A stretch of 64,000 nt of DNA from Crocinitomicaceae bacterium (GCA_021740085.1 JAIPAL010000002.1:4536-68535); one strand, 5' to 3'. Positions 36,135 through 47,022 are shown, numbered from the stretch's first letter. The notes: a model not told the origin generated them from the sequence alone. Numbers and translations are program-made.

Positions 36135-38759
36135 ATGAAAATATTAAAAATACAAGCGCTACAAGGACCAAACATTTGGAGTATTGCAAGAAAAAAATTA
36201 ATCCAAATGCGATTGGATTTGGAAGAATTGGAAGAATTGCCGACCAATAAAATACCGGGTTTTCGGGAACGTATTGAATTATTAATCCCTTCGCTTATTA
36301 CACATCGATGTTCAGAAGGGTGCCATGGTGGTTTTTTTCAACGGGTAGATCAAGGAACCTGGATGGGGCATGTAATTGAACATATTGCATTAGAAATCCA
36401 ATCATTGGCAGGTATGGATGTTGGTTTTGGACGGACACGTGAAACAAAGACTAAAGGCGTTTACAATGTCGTTTTTAACTATTTAGAAGAAAAGGTGGGG
36501 TTTTTTGCTGCCGAATCAGCGGTAAAAATTGCACAAGCTATTATTAACGGGGACGACTATGATCTTTTAGCAGATCTTCAAACGATGAGAGAAATTCGTG
36601 AAAAAGTTCGTCTTGGTCCTAGTACAGGCAGCATAGTTGATGAAGCAAAATCACGCGATATTCCATGGATTAGGTTAGGTACTAATTCATTGATCCAATT
36701 AGGTTATGGAATCAATCAAATGCGTTTTCAAGCGACCATCACTTGCAAAACAAGCAATATAGCAGTAGATATTGCCTGCAATAAAGAACAGACAAAAAAA
36801 ATGTTAGATGCTGCTTCAATTCCAGTTGCAAAAGGGTCTATATGTGTAGATGAAGAAGATTTAGCAGACACCATCAAGTCAATTGGCTATCCGATTGTAT
36901 TAAAACCACTTGACGGGAACCATGGCAAAGGAGCTTCAATTAATGTCACCAACTGGGAAGATGCTGTTTTGGGATTAGAATATGCACAAAAATATTCCAG
37001 AAGAGTTATCGTTGAACGTTTTATAACTGGATATGATTTTCGTGTCTTAGTAATTGACAATAAAATTGTTGCCGCTGCGCAAAGGGTACCCGCACACGTG
37101 GTGGGAGATGGCATTAATTCAATCGAAGAATTAATCAAAATTGTAAACTCAGATCCAAGAAGAGGTTATGGCCATGAGAATGTGTTGACTGAAATAAATG
37201 TTGATAGAGACAGTTTGGAATTGTTAGAAAAAAGGAACATGACTGTTAATTCAATTCCTGAGAAAGACGATATCGTTTATTTAAAATCGACCGCAAATTT
37301 AAGTACGGGTGGAACTTCGATAGATGTAACAGATATGATGCATCCCGAGAATGTCTTTATGGCAGAACGTATTTCTAGAATTATTGGCTTAGACGTTTGT
37401 GGGGTTGATATTATGGCAAACAACCTTACCCAATCATTAAAAGAAAATGGCGGGGTTATTTTAGAAGTTAATGCTGCGCCAGGATTTAGGATGCATTTAG
37501 CCCCTTCAGAAGGATTGCCTCGAAATGTTGCCGCTCCAGTTATTGACATGCTTTATCCACTAGGTAAGCCTTCACGAATTCCAATTATAGCAATTACAGG
37601 AACGAACGGTAAAACCACCACCACGCGTTTAATAGCTCATATTGTAAAAAATAATGGCTTCCGGGTGGGTTTCACCACTTCCGATGGAATCTATATTCAA
37701 AATCATTTAATGGAGAAGGGTGACACAACTGGCCCAATATCCGCCGAATATATTTTAAAAGACCCAAATGTTGAATTTGCCGTATTAGAAACCGCAAGAG
37801 GCGGCATATTAAGATCAGGCCTTGGCTTTAGCAGATGTGACATTGGGATAATAACCAATATTCAAGAAGATCACCTCGGAATTAGCGACATTCACGACTT
37901 AAAAGACTTGTCCCGTGTTAAATCCGTAGTGGTGGAGAGTATAAAAAAAGATGGGTGGGCAGTATTAAATGGCGAAGACGAATATTGCTTAAAAATTGCT
38001 GATAAATTGGATTGTAATGTGGCCCTTTTTAGCTTAAATGAAGATAATAAAGCAATTATTGAGCATTGCAAAAATGGAGGTGTCGCTGCTATCTATGAAA
38101 ATGGATTTGTTACCATCAAGAAAGGAGATTGGAAAATTAGAGTTGAAAAAGCGACACTTATTCCATTAACGATGAACGGGAAGGCGAAATTCATGATAGC
38201 GAATGTCCTTGCAGCAACCCTTGCCTCCTATTTGTACGGCTTCAAAATAGAAGATATTAAATTATCCCTAACGACTTTCCTTCCAGGGGCTGCGCAGACA
38301 CCTGGAAGAATGAATGTATTTAAATTTTCCAAGTTTAAGGTGATGATTGATTTTGCTCATAATCCAACTGGCTACCGTGGAATCGAAGATTATCTTCAAA
38401 GTGTAGATGCGAAAAGAAAAATTGGAATTATTTCTGGTATTGGAGACCGACGAGATGATGACATAAAAGAATGTGCAAGAATTGCCGCTCGAATGTTCGA
38501 TCACATTATTATTCGACAAGAAAAATACTTGCGCGGCAGAACCGAAAAACAAATCATCGACCTAATTATTGATGGCATCAAAGAATCTGATGCGACTACT
38601 TCGTATGAAGTGGTTACACTTGAAATTGATGCGATTCGACATGCTTTCTCCTTGGCTGTAGAGGGAACCTATATTGTTGCGCTAAGCGATGTAGTTGCCA
38701 ATGCAATAGAAATTGTACAAGAATATTTAGATCTTGAAACTGAAAGTGGCGTTATTTAA
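36135..38759 (+). CDS. cphA: Cyanophycin synthetase (CphA1-type)
   Basis: 874 aa. Characteristic N-terminus MKILKIQALQGPNIWS. ATP-grasp G-domain (IGYPIVLKPLDGNHGKG). Mur-ligase-like M-domain with P-loop ITGTNGKTTTTRL. Confidence 0.9.
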   Translation: MKILKIQALQGPNIWSIARKKLIQMRLDLEELEELPTNKIPGFRERIELLIPSLITHRCSEGCHGGFFQRVDQGTWMGHVIEHIALEIQSLAGMDVGFGRTRETKTKGVYNVVFNYLEEKVGFFAAESAVKIAQAIINGDDYDLLADLQTMREIREKVRLGPSTGSIVDEAKSRDIPWIRLGTNSLIQLGYGINQMRFQATITCKTSNIAVDIACNKEQTKKMLDAASIPVAKGSICVDEEDLADTIKSIGYPIVLKPLDGNHGKGASINVTNWEDAVLGLEYAQKYSRRVIVERFITGYDFRVLVIDNKIVAAAQRVPAHVVGDGINSIEELIKIVNSDPRRGYGHENVLTEINVDRDSLELLEKRNMTVNSIPEKDDIVYLKSTANLSTGGTSIDVTDMMHPENVFMAERISRIIGLDVCGVDIMANNLTQSLKENGGVILEVNAAPGFRMHLAPSEGLPRNVAAPVIDMLYPLGKPSRIPIIAITGTNGKTTTTRLIAHIVKNNGFRVGFTTSDGIYIQNHLMEKGDTTGPISAEYILKDPNVEFAVLETARGGILRSGLGFSRCDIGIITNIQEDHLGISDIHDLKDLSRVKSVVVESIKKDGWAVLNGEDEYCLKIADKLDCNVALFSLNEDNKAIIEHCKNGGVAAIYENGFVTIKKGDWKIRVEKATLIPLTMNGKAKFMIANVLAATLASYLYGFKIEDIKLSLTTFLPGAAQTPGRMNVFKFSKFKVMIDFAHNPTGYRGIEDYLQSVDAKRKIGIISGIGDRRDDDIKECARIAARMFDHIIIRQEKYLRGRTEKQIIDLIIDGIKESDATTSYEVVTLEIDAIRHAFSLAVEGTYIVALSDVVANAIEIVQEYLDLETESGVI

Positions 38760-38763
38760 GTGA

Positions 38764-40164
38764 ATGGATAATAGACAGGTATTTACCCTTAAACAAGTAG
38801 TTTCTTCCATCAAAAAAACGATTGAAGATCGCTACCACAGCACCTATTGGGTAAAGGCAGAGATGCATAAGTTAAACCTATACCCAAGTGGTCACGCATT
38901 CCCCGAACTTGTTCAAAAAGAAGGGGATAAAATCGTGGCACAAATTAATGGCAATATCTGGAAAACCCAATTTACTCAAATTAACAAGCGATTTATTGAG
39001 GTCGTAAAAGAACCGTTGAGCGAAGGAACCAATTTACTACTTTGTGTTAAAATTGTTTTCAATGAATCCTATGGGTTAAGCCTTCAAATAATTGATATTG
39101 ACCCTTCCTATTCGTTGGGAGAACTACAAAAACAGCGGGATGAAACCCTCAAAAAACTGGCTGATTTAGGCATTTTAAATAATAATCAAAACTTATCTTT
39201 TCCATTATTACCAAAACGCATTGCCGTAATTTCAGCTGAATCAAGTAAAGGTTTATCTGACTTTATGCACATGCTAGAGGAAGCGAAAAATAAATACACC
39301 CTTCAAACTCATTTATTTCCCGCCTACCTTCAAGGCGATGTGGCTGTAAATTCAATCATTCATGCCTTAAAGAAAATACATAAAGTACGACACCATTTTG
39401 ATGTAGTGCTCATTATAAGAGGAGGAGGAGGAGAAGTGGGGCTTTCGTGTTATAACCATTTTGAATTATGTAAAAGCATTGCTGAATTTCCTTTGCCCAT
39501 CTTAACTGGTATTGGTCACTCCACCAACTTAACCGTGGCAGAAATGGTTTCATATAGACACGCCATTACCCCTACCAAATTAGCAGAATTTCTACTCGTA
39601 AATTTTAAAGAATTCGAATTGTCCCTTCAACGATTCTCTTACACCATAAAAGAAAAAAGCCGCAACTGCTTTTCGTATACCAAAGCAGAATTTAAGGGTT
39701 CAATAGCCCTACTAAAGCAACTTCGGACTAGGCTCACTCTTTCAGCATGGAACGAACTGAGTTTGTTTTCAACAAAAATGTCATTTTCAAGCAGGCAATT
39801 AATTGAAAGATCGCAAGGAAAAATAAAGCAAGTAGGTACTGACCTTAAACGATCTTCAAAAATTCAAGTTGAAAATTGTGACTTTTTATTTATCGAATAT
39901 AAGGCACGTATCCAACGAGTTATAAGTCAAAAAACCAAGCGCGCGGACGATCAATTGGGTGCATTTGAAAGCATTGTTAATGCCCTTAACCCCGACAACG
40001 TGCTAAAAAGAGGCTATTCAATTACCTTACACAAAGGGAAATTAATAGATCATACCACACAATTAAAAGAAGGAGATATCCTTGAAACAAAAAACAAATA
40101 CTTGGATATTGAGTCGAGATGGATTAAATCAAGCCCCAGGAAGAAAGACAAACATAATAAATGA
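38764..40164 (+). CDS. xseA: Exodeoxyribonuclease VII large subunit
   Basis: N-terminal OB-fold (FTLKQVVSSIKKTIE...YWVKAEM), catalytic core with IIRGGGGEV and GIGHSTNLTVAEMV, long helical C-terminus. Confidence 0.9.
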   Translation: MDNRQVFTLKQVVSSIKKTIEDRYHSTYWVKAEMHKLNLYPSGHAFPELVQKEGDKIVAQINGNIWKTQFTQINKRFIEVVKEPLSEGTNLLLCVKIVFNESYGLSLQIIDIDPSYSLGELQKQRDETLKKLADLGILNNNQNLSFPLLPKRIAVISAESSKGLSDFMHMLEEAKNKYTLQTHLFPAYLQGDVAVNSIIHALKKIHKVRHHFDVVLIIRGGGGEVGLSCYNHFELCKSIAEFPLPILTGIGHSTNLTVAEMVSYRHAITPTKLAEFLLVNFKEFELSLQRFSYTIKEKSRNCFSYTKAEFKGSIALLKQLRTRLTLSAWNELSLFSTKMSFSSRQLIERSQGKIKQVGTDLKRSSKIQVENCDFLFIEYKARIQRVISQKTKRADDQLGAFESIVNALNPDNVLKRGYSITLHKGKLIDHTTQLKEGDILETKNKYLDIESRWIKSSPRKKDKHNK

Positions 40165-40212
40165 CCACCTTGTTTTTGGCTAGCTGCCAACAAGTTCATT
40201 ACATTTGTAAGC

Positions 40213-40602
40213 ATGAACTTCACCTTTGGAAAGAAATACCGATTATGCAGTAAAAAGAAAATTGAAGAGGTCTTTCAAAAAGGTGTCAAAATACATGGTT
40301 TTCCTTTTCTTTCCTATCACATAATACAAGCAGAAGAAAATCCTTCGTTTAAGGTTTTAATAAGTGTGCCTAAAAAATTTATTAAAAAAGCACACGATCG
40401 AAATTACATCAAACGATGCATGCGCGAGGGGATTAGAAAAAACAAAGAACTCTTAGAAGAATTGCTAATTTTGAAAGGAATAAGTGTTGACATTGCCATG
40501 GTATACATCTGCCGAGAAAGAAAAGAAGCAGATGAAATAGAACTTAAAATCATTGATAATATAAAAAAGATAAAAAATGCATTACAAAAACTTCCTGCTT
40601 AA
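40213..40602 (+). CDS. rnpA: Ribonuclease P protein component
   Basis: 129 aa, basic. RNR-like motif AHDRNYIKRCMREGIR. Confidence 0.8.
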   Translation: MNFTFGKKYRLCSKKKIEEVFQKGVKIHGFPFLSYHIIQAEENPSFKVLISVPKKFIKKAHDRNYIKRCMREGIRKNKELLEELLILKGISVDIAMVYICRERKEADEIELKIIDNIKKIKNALQKLPA

Positions 40603-42223
40603 GCCGCTATTTTTTAGCGCCTTATTACTCATATCCTTAGGGACAAAAGCGCAATCCAATGGCTTTGAGGTAATAAAAAGCCTCGAGTTAATGGATCAGA
40701 TCTATGAAAATTTGGAACTCTATTTTGTAGATGAATTACAACCAGGTAAATTGTCTAAAGTTGCTATTGACGCTATGTTAAAAGAACTGGATCCCTATAC
40801 CGTATATTACCATGAGTCGAACATCGAAGATTATCGATTAATGACAACAGGGCAATATGGCGGAATTGGAGCTCTAATAAAAAAAGTGGATGATTATATA
40901 GTTATTAGTGAGCCTTATGAATCAAATCCTGCTCAAAAAAGTGGTTTAATGGCGGGCGATAAAATTTTGGAAATTGATGGAAAAACGATGTTTAAAAAGA
41001 CCACTGACCAAGTTTCAGATGCATTAAAAGGTCCAAAAGGTACCGTGGTGAAAGTCCTAATAGAACGATTAAATGAAGGTAAGAAAACCATCGAGATAAC
41101 AAGAGATGAAATAAAAATTCCAGATGTTCCTTATTACGGAATAATTAAAGATAAAGTGGGTTATATTTCTTTGAACAGCTTCACCCAAACCGCTGCTGAA
41201 GAAGTGAAAAAAGGAATTAAAGAAATGCAAAAAAATGGTATGAATCAATTAATTTTAGATTTACGAGGTAATGGGGGTGGCCTTTTGATTGAAGCGGTTA
41301 AGATTGTTAATTTCTTCGTGCCGAAAGATCAAGTGGTGGTGTTTACAAAAGGACGAGTGAAGGAAGAAAACTATGTGTACAAAACCATGGAAGAACCTAT
41401 CGCTTTGGGACTTCCGTTAATCATATTAATCGATGAAGGCTCTGCATCAGCAAGTGAAATTGTTGCTGGGAGTTTACAAGACTTAGATAAAGCGGTAATT
41501 ATTGGGGAGCAAAGTTATGGAAAGGGATTAGTGCAACGCACCTACGATTTAAAATATGGTTCTAAAGTAAAGATTACCATCGCAAAATACTATACTCCGT
41601 CGGGCCGATGTGTTCAACGATTAGAATATTATGATAAAGAAACCGGTGCAAAGCCAAAGGATATTCCAGATTCTTTGTTACGGAAATTCAAAACAAAAAA
41701 TGGCCGTGAAGTAATTGATGGCCGAGGCATAGACCCTGATATTGCTATAGAAAAAGAAGAGTTGAGCCGCTTATCAGCCTTGTTATTTACCAAAAACTTG
41801 CTATTTAATTATGCGACAGAATACCATGCCGGTAAAAAAGAAATTGTGGGGGCCGATGACTTTCGTTTAACAGAGGAAGAGTACACATCGTTTAAGAATT
41901 ATGTCCTAAAAGAAAAATTGAATTATACTTCCCTGGCGGAAGAAGCATTAAAAAAAATGAAAGAGGCCGCGGAAAAGGAAGGCGTTTTTGAGGAAATAAA
42001 AATGGAATATGAAAAAACATTGGAAAAAGTCAGTCCAAACCAAGCGCTTGATTTAGAAAATAAAAAGAAAGAAATCCTTGAATTGCTTGAAAATGAAATT
42101 GTTTCCAGGTATTATTTTCAAAAGGGTAGAACTATTAATTCCTTTCAACACGATCCCGTGGTCATAAAAGCGATTGAAACTGCCATTAATAAAGTTTCTT
42201 ACGACGCTATTTTGAAAAATTAA
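40577..42223 (+). CDS. S41-family C-terminal processing (tail-specific) peptidase
   Basis: Signal peptide, PDZ domain (GLMAGDKILEIDG), LRGNGGG, catalytic region DEGSASASEIVAG and YGKGLVQ. Confidence 0.85.
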   Translation: MHYKNFLLKPLFFSALLLISLGTKAQSNGFEVIKSLELMDQIYENLELYFVDELQPGKLSKVAIDAMLKELDPYTVYYHESNIEDYRLMTTGQYGGIGALIKKVDDYIVISEPYESNPAQKSGLMAGDKILEIDGKTMFKKTTDQVSDALKGPKGTVVKVLIERLNEGKKTIEITRDEIKIPDVPYYGIIKDKVGYISLNSFTQTAAEEVKKGIKEMQKNGMNQLILDLRGNGGGLLIEAVKIVNFFVPKDQVVVFTKGRVKEENYVYKTMEEPIALGLPLIILIDEGSASASEIVAGSLQDLDKAVIIGEQSYGKGLVQRTYDLKYGSKVKITIAKYYTPSGRCVQRLEYYDKETGAKPKDIPDSLLRKFKTKNGREVIDGRGIDPDIAIEKEELSRLSALLFTKNLLFNYATEYHAGKKEIVGADDFRLTEEEYTSFKNYVLKEKLNYTSLAEEALKKMKEAAEKEGVFEEIKMEYEKTLEKVSPNQALDLENKKKEILELLENEIVSRYYFQKGRTINSFQHDPVVIKAIETAINKVSYDAILKN

Positions 42224-42232
42224 GAACGAAAG

Positions 42233-43684
42233 GTGAAGGCTGCCAGAAAACTATTATCCCCAAAGACAACAAGTACGATACACTTTTGGCTTTTAGCGCT
42301 AATGCTTATAGGAATTGTGGGAAGTAAATTTCTGATGTCTATAACTATGATGTTATGCATTTTAAATTTCTTGCTGGAAGCTGATTTTAAAAATTATTGG
42401 AGAAGAATTAAAGAAAATCATCTTCTACACTTACTTATTGCTTTTTATCTTTTACATGTTATAAGTCTTCTTTGGAGCGAAAATATTTCTTATGGAATCA
42501 ACGATTTAAGAATAAAAGCACCGCTGCTTGTTGTTTCAATTATTCTCATTGCGAAGCCTATTTTGAAATCGGATCGTAATAAACTTTATTTATTATTGAT
42601 TTTAAGTTTGTTGGTGACTTCTGTCATAAATTTCTGCCACTATCAATTTTTATTAAACTCCAACTTAGCAAAAGATATACGAGAATTATCATTGTTTGGA
42701 TCTCATATTAGATACGGGGTATTACTTGCATTTGGCATTGGGATTTGTTTGTTTTTATACCGAGAATTCAAGCGGTTTTCTGTAGGATTAATTGGTTGTG
42801 CTGCTTGGTTTATTTTTTACACCTATTACAGCCAAGTTTTATCCGGACTACTTTCATTACTCGTTGTTTTTATACTATATGCGATTCTCTACTTCCGAGA
42901 AAGGAAATGGGTGTTAATTAGTGGGGCGCTCCTTTGCTTAACTATCTCAATCGGAACAGCCGCCTTTCTTTTTAGCAATGAAAAAGAAGTGATAAATTCA
43001 ATGAGTCAATCCAATGAACTTAAGGATGCTTGGAATAAAAGATCCAGCATTTCATTTGACAGCCTTGATTTAAAAAAGCAAGCCTTAAAAACCACCTTGG
43101 AACGGTATATTGCATCAAAAGGATTTCGACCCAATAGGATGGGTGTGAATAAACTTAGCGAAGATGATGTACATAACATTGAAAATGGGTATGCGGACAT
43201 ACATGAAACTGGCCTTGGATTTAGGGCACGATTATATGGGCTGAGGTATCAGATTCATCACCCTACAAATCCAAACGGGCATTCACTTTTACAGCGGATT
43301 GAATCATGGAAAACAGCAGGGCAAATAATAAAAGAAAATTGGCTGTTTGGTGTTGGCGCAGGGGATGTCGCTGATAAATTTGAACAGCAATATAAGGAAA
43401 ATTGCTCCCTGCTTCTGGAAGAAAATAGAATTCGTGCACACAATTCTTTTTTAACATCGTGGTTAAGTTTTGGGCTAGTAGGCCTGGTTTTATTTGCCTA
43501 TATCCAATTGGCGTTTTTTCAATTCACATGGCGAAAAGTTAATTATTTAGGCTTATTATTTATTGGACTATCCTTGATTTCTTTTCTTTTGGAAGATACA
43601 TTAGAAACACAAACAGGTGTGACATTTTTTGCGTTTTTCTATTCCTTTTATGCATCAAAAGATGCGTCACTAAAGTTCAATTAA
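42233..43684 (+). CDS. O-antigen ligase (Wzy_C) family membrane protein
   Basis: More than 10 TM helices with a large loop containing ...AHNSFLTSWLSFGLVGL..., as in Wzy_C/O-antigen polymerase-ligase proteins. GTG start as listed. Confidence 0.65.
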   Translation: MKAARKLLSPKTTSTIHFWLLALMLIGIVGSKFLMSITMMLCILNFLLEADFKNYWRRIKENHLLHLLIAFYLLHVISLLWSENISYGINDLRIKAPLLVVSIILIAKPILKSDRNKLYLLLILSLLVTSVINFCHYQFLLNSNLAKDIRELSLFGSHIRYGVLLAFGIGICLFLYREFKRFSVGLIGCAAWFIFYTYYSQVLSGLLSLLVVFILYAILYFRERKWVLISGALLCLTISIGTAAFLFSNEKEVINSMSQSNELKDAWNKRSSISFDSLDLKKQALKTTLERYIASKGFRPNRMGVNKLSEDDVHNIENGYADIHETGLGFRARLYGLRYQIHHPTNPNGHSLLQRIESWKTAGQIIKENWLFGVGAGDVADKFEQQYKENCSLLLEENRIRAHNSFLTSWLSFGLVGLVLFAYIQLAFFQFTWRKVNYLGLLFIGLSLISFLLEDTLETQTGVTFFAFFYSFYASKDASLKFN

Positions 43685-43709
43685 TCTTTTTTAATTACCT
43701 TCGTAAGCG

Positions 43710-44609
43710 ATGTCAATTGAAGTAAAAAATCTATTTAAATATTACGGTGAGCAAGCTGCTGTAAATAACATTTCATTTTCCGTAAAAAAAGGTGAAATTG
43801 TTGGTTTCTTAGGCCCCAATGGTGCAGGAAAGTCGACTACTATGAAAATTATAAGTGGTTTTATTCCTTCAGATCAGGGGGAAGTTACTGTTTGTGGTTT
43901 AAAAGTAGATGTTGATAATCTAGCAACTAGAAAACTAATTGGGTATTTACCTGAAAATAATCCTTTATACCTCGACATGTATGTAAAGGAATACCTTGAA
44001 TTTGTTGGTGGAATTTACAGAATCTCCAAGTTGAAAAGCAGGGTAAATGACATGATTGATTCCGTAGGATTAGGGCTTGAGCAAAACAAAAAAATTGGCG
44101 CCTTATCGAAAGGGTATCGACAACGGGTCGGATTAGCGCAAGCAATCATTCACGATCCTGAAGTTCTTATTCTTGATGAACCAACATCTGGCTTAGATCC
44201 AAATCAATTGGTTGAAATTCGAGAGTTAATTTGCTCAATTGGAAAAGAAAAAACGGTTATGCTCTCCACCCATATTATGCAAGAAGTAGAGGCCATCTGT
44301 GATAGAATCGTTATCATAAATAAAGGTTCTATCGTTGCAAATGACAAAACATTAAACTTACAAGAAACAAAAGGTGAACAAACGGTATATGTTGAATTTG
44401 ATCAGCCAATCACTAAAAGTCAATTAACAAGTATTCCCGGAGTGACAAAAGTAGAAGCAATTAAAAATGGCTGGCTATTAGGTTCCGATATAGAGATTGA
44501 TTTAAGGAAAGAGATGGCACAATTCGCCCAAAAGAAAGGTTGGTTAATCCTTACCTTAACCATTGAAAAAAAGACCCTAGAAGACGTGTTTAAAAACCTA
44601 ACGAAATAA
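43710..44609 (+). CDS. gldA: ABC transporter ATP-binding protein, gliding-motility GldA-like
   Basis: Walker A GPNGAGKST, signature LSKGYRQRV, Walker B LILDEPTSGLD. The N-terminus MSIEVKNLFKYYGEQ and GYLPENNPLYLDMYVKEYLEF resemble Flavobacterium GldA as I remember it. Orthology is not verified. Confidence 0.6.
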   Translation: MSIEVKNLFKYYGEQAAVNNISFSVKKGEIVGFLGPNGAGKSTTMKIISGFIPSDQGEVTVCGLKVDVDNLATRKLIGYLPENNPLYLDMYVKEYLEFVGGIYRISKLKSRVNDMIDSVGLGLEQNKKIGALSKGYRQRVGLAQAIIHDPEVLILDEPTSGLDPNQLVEIRELICSIGKEKTVMLSTHIMQEVEAICDRIVIINKGSIVANDKTLNLQETKGEQTVYVEFDQPITKSQLTSIPGVTKVEAIKNGWLLGSDIEIDLRKEMAQFAQKKGWLILTLTIEKKTLEDVFKNLTK

Positions 44610-44611
44610 AA

Positions 44612-45895
44612 ATGCCATCAAATTTTATTGAAGAATTACGTTGGAGAGGAATGATTCATGATATCATGCCTGGTACAGAAAAAGCACTCAATGAGAAAAT
44701 GTCGAGCGGCTATATTGGTTTTGATCCAACAGCTGACTCTCTCCATGTTGGGCATCTTGTACAAATTATGACGCTTGTTCATTTTCAACTTGCTGGCCAT
44801 AAACCATACGCTCTTGTAGGTGGTGCAACCGGAATGGTCGGTGATCCTTCTGGAAAATCAAAAGAAAGAAATTTATTAAATGCGGAGACGCTCAACCATA
44901 ATGTTGCGTGCGTGAAACAACAATTGGAAAAATTTTTACGCTTTGGAAGCGATGCCAATGCGGCTGAAATGGTGAATAATTACGACTGGTTTAAAGATTT
45001 TTCATTTTTAGATTTTATTCGTGATGTTGGGAAACATATTTCCATCAATTACATGCTATCCAAAGATTCAGTGAAATCTCGATTGGAAACTGGATTGTCG
45101 TTTACAGAATTTAGCTACCAGTTAGTGCAGGGGTACGATTTTTACTATTTAAATGAGCATAAAAACTGCATCTTACAATTAGGAGGGTCTGATCAGTGGG
45201 GAAATATTGTCACAGGGACGGAATTAATTCGACGGAAATCTGGCAAAGAGGCCTATGCTGTTACCACGCCACTCATTACGAAAGCAGACGGGACAAAGTT
45301 TGGTAAAACGGAAGGAGGAAGTGTATGGCTTGATCCATTAAAAACTACGCCGTATCAATTTTATCAGTTTTGGCTCAATGCCAGTGATTTAGATGCCGCC
45401 AACTATATTCGGATTTTTACCCTGAAGTCGAAAAGTGAAATAGATGAGATTATTGTTTTACATGAGGCAGCCCCGCACTTAAGATTACTTCAGAAAGAAT
45501 TAGCAGAAGACATAACGGTAAGAGTTCACGGTAAGGAAAACCTGGAAAATGCAATCAATGCGTCAAATATCTTATTTGGCAAATCTACCTCAGCTGATCT
45601 AATGGGATTAAATGAGCAAGATTTTTTAAGCATCTTTGAAGGGGTTCCTCAAGTAACTATTCTGTCTAGCGACCTAAACAATGGCTTGACAATTGTGGAT
45701 GCTTTGTCGTCAAAATCCGGTTTTTTATCTTCAAATGGCGAAGCCAGAAGAGAATTAAAAGCAAATGCTATTTCTGTCAATAAAGAAAAGGTAAACGAAG
45801 AATTTGTATTAACAAATAAAGATTTAATACAAGGGAAATTCATCCTTCTAGGAAAAGGGAAGAAAACAAATTACATTCTTAAAATAAGCAATTGA
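44612..45895 (+). CDS. tyrS: Tyrosine--tRNA ligase
   Basis: HIGH motif (SLHVGHL), KMSKS-type KFGKTEGG, C-terminal S4-like domain. 427 aa. Confidence 0.95.
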   Translation: MPSNFIEELRWRGMIHDIMPGTEKALNEKMSSGYIGFDPTADSLHVGHLVQIMTLVHFQLAGHKPYALVGGATGMVGDPSGKSKERNLLNAETLNHNVACVKQQLEKFLRFGSDANAAEMVNNYDWFKDFSFLDFIRDVGKHISINYMLSKDSVKSRLETGLSFTEFSYQLVQGYDFYYLNEHKNCILQLGGSDQWGNIVTGTELIRRKSGKEAYAVTTPLITKADGTKFGKTEGGSVWLDPLKTTPYQFYQFWLNASDLDAANYIRIFTLKSKSEIDEIIVLHEAAPHLRLLQKELAEDITVRVHGKENLENAINASNILFGKSTSADLMGLNEQDFLSIFEGVPQVTILSSDLNNGLTIVDALSSKSGFLSSNGEARRELKANAISVNKEKVNEEFVLTNKDLIQGKFILLGKGKKTNYILKISN

Positions 45896-45896
45896 T

Positions 45897-46955
45897 TTAT
45901 AAAATCAACATGGCATCACCGTACGAATAGAATCTGTATTTTTCTTTTATTGCTTCTTGATACGCTTTCATCATTAAATCATGCCCACAAAATGCTGAGA
46001 TCATCATTAATAAGGTAGAAAGTGGCGTATGAAAATTAGTGATAAGGCTATCTGCAATCGAAAATTCATAGGGTGGAAATATAAATTTATTTGTCCATCC
46101 ATTAAATGGTTTCAAATCTCCCATGGTGGAAACAGATGTTTCAATCGTACGCATAGACGTAGTTCCAACAGCACAAACTCTTTTTTTGTTCTTTTTCGCT
46201 TCATTTACTATTCTTACCGCTTCTTCCGTAATGATCGCTTGTTCCGAATCCATTTTATGTTTTGTTAAATCCTCCACTTCTACGGATCTAAAGGTACCTA
46301 AACCAACATGAAGCGTAACTTCAGCGAAATTAATCCCTTTAAGTTCTAGCCTTTTTAATAATTCTCTAGAGAAATGAAGCCCTGCTGTTGGTGCGGCAAC
46401 TGCTCCCTCTTCTTTGGAATATATGGTTTGATATCGTTCCTCATCAGATGCTTCTACCGCTCTTTTAATATATTTAGGCAATGGAGTTTCTCCAAGCTCT
46501 GTTATTTTAGCCTTGAATTCTTCGTAAGGGCCATCAAATAGGAACCGTAGCGTTCGTCCTCGAGAGGTGGTGTTATCAATTACCTCAGCAACCAATGAAT
46601 CATCATCCCCGAAATATAATTTATTCCCAATTCTAATTTTTCTTGCTGGATCTACAAGTACATCCCACAAAAGACTTTCACGATTTAATTCCCGCAACAA
46701 AAAAACCTCAATTTTAGCACCTGTCTTTTCTTTATTACCATACATTCTTGCTGGAAAAACTTTGGTGTTATTCATGATCATTACATCACCCTCGCTAAAA
46801 TAATTCAAAACATCTTTAAATAATTTATGCTCAATCTTTCCTGTTTTTCTATGAATTACCATTAACCTAGCCTCATCGCGATTTTCCGATGGATATTCTG
46901 CTATTAACTCATCTGGTAATTCGAAGCTAAACTCCGATAATTTCATTTTACTCAT
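45897..46955 (-). CDS. queA: S-adenosylmethionine:tRNA ribosyltransferase-isomerase
   Basis: [20 protein letters not shown]-terminus, [22 protein letters not shown]. 352 aa. Confidence 0.95.
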   Translation of the reverse strand: MSKMKLSEFSFELPDELIAEYPSENRDEARLMVIHRKTGKIEHKLFKDVLNYFSEGDVMIMNNTKVFPARMYGNKEKTGAKIEVFLLRELNRESLLWDVLVDPARKIRIGNKLYFGDDDSLVAEVIDNTTSRGRTLRFLFDGPYEEFKAKITELGETPLPKYIKRAVEASDEERYQTIYSKEEGAVAAPTAGLHFSRELLKRLELKGINFAEVTLHVGLGTFRSVEVEDLTKHKMDSEQAIITEEAVRIVNEAKKNKKRVCAVGTTSMRTIETSVSTMGDLKPFNGWTNKFIFPPYEFSIADSLITNFHTPLSTLLMMISAFCGHDLMMKAYQEAIKEKYRFYSYGDAMLIL

Positions 46956-46990
46956 ACCAATTTTTTAAGGTTGTTTTTAGTTGACGAATG

Positions 46991-47022
46991 CAAAGATACA
47001 TTATCCAAACCCCATTTGTCAA
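46991..47022 (-). promoter_or_regulatory. Candidate promoter of queA (minus strand TTGACA-N18-TATCTTTG)
   Basis: On the minus strand, TTGACA is plus 47017-47022 and TATCTTTG is plus 46991-46998. The TTG-to-TA spacer is 21 nt. The -7 box lies 35 nt upstream of the ATG at 46955. Confidence 0.35.

Noticed and set aside
36014-36247. A 77-aa minus-strand ORF spanning the prs/cphA divergent region and the cphA start.
   Set aside because: It overlaps the well-supported cphA N-terminus on the opposite strand and runs through the AT-rich promoter region. The translation is hydrophobic low-complexity sequence with no motif.
40169-40194. An interrupted hairpin (cttgt...ttggc tagct gccaa...acaag) between xseA and rnpA, as a possible terminator.
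   Set aside because: The stem has a 3-nt bulge and is followed by ttcatt rather than a U-tract. It may be a weak attenuator or processing site, but it is not supportable as an intrinsic terminator.
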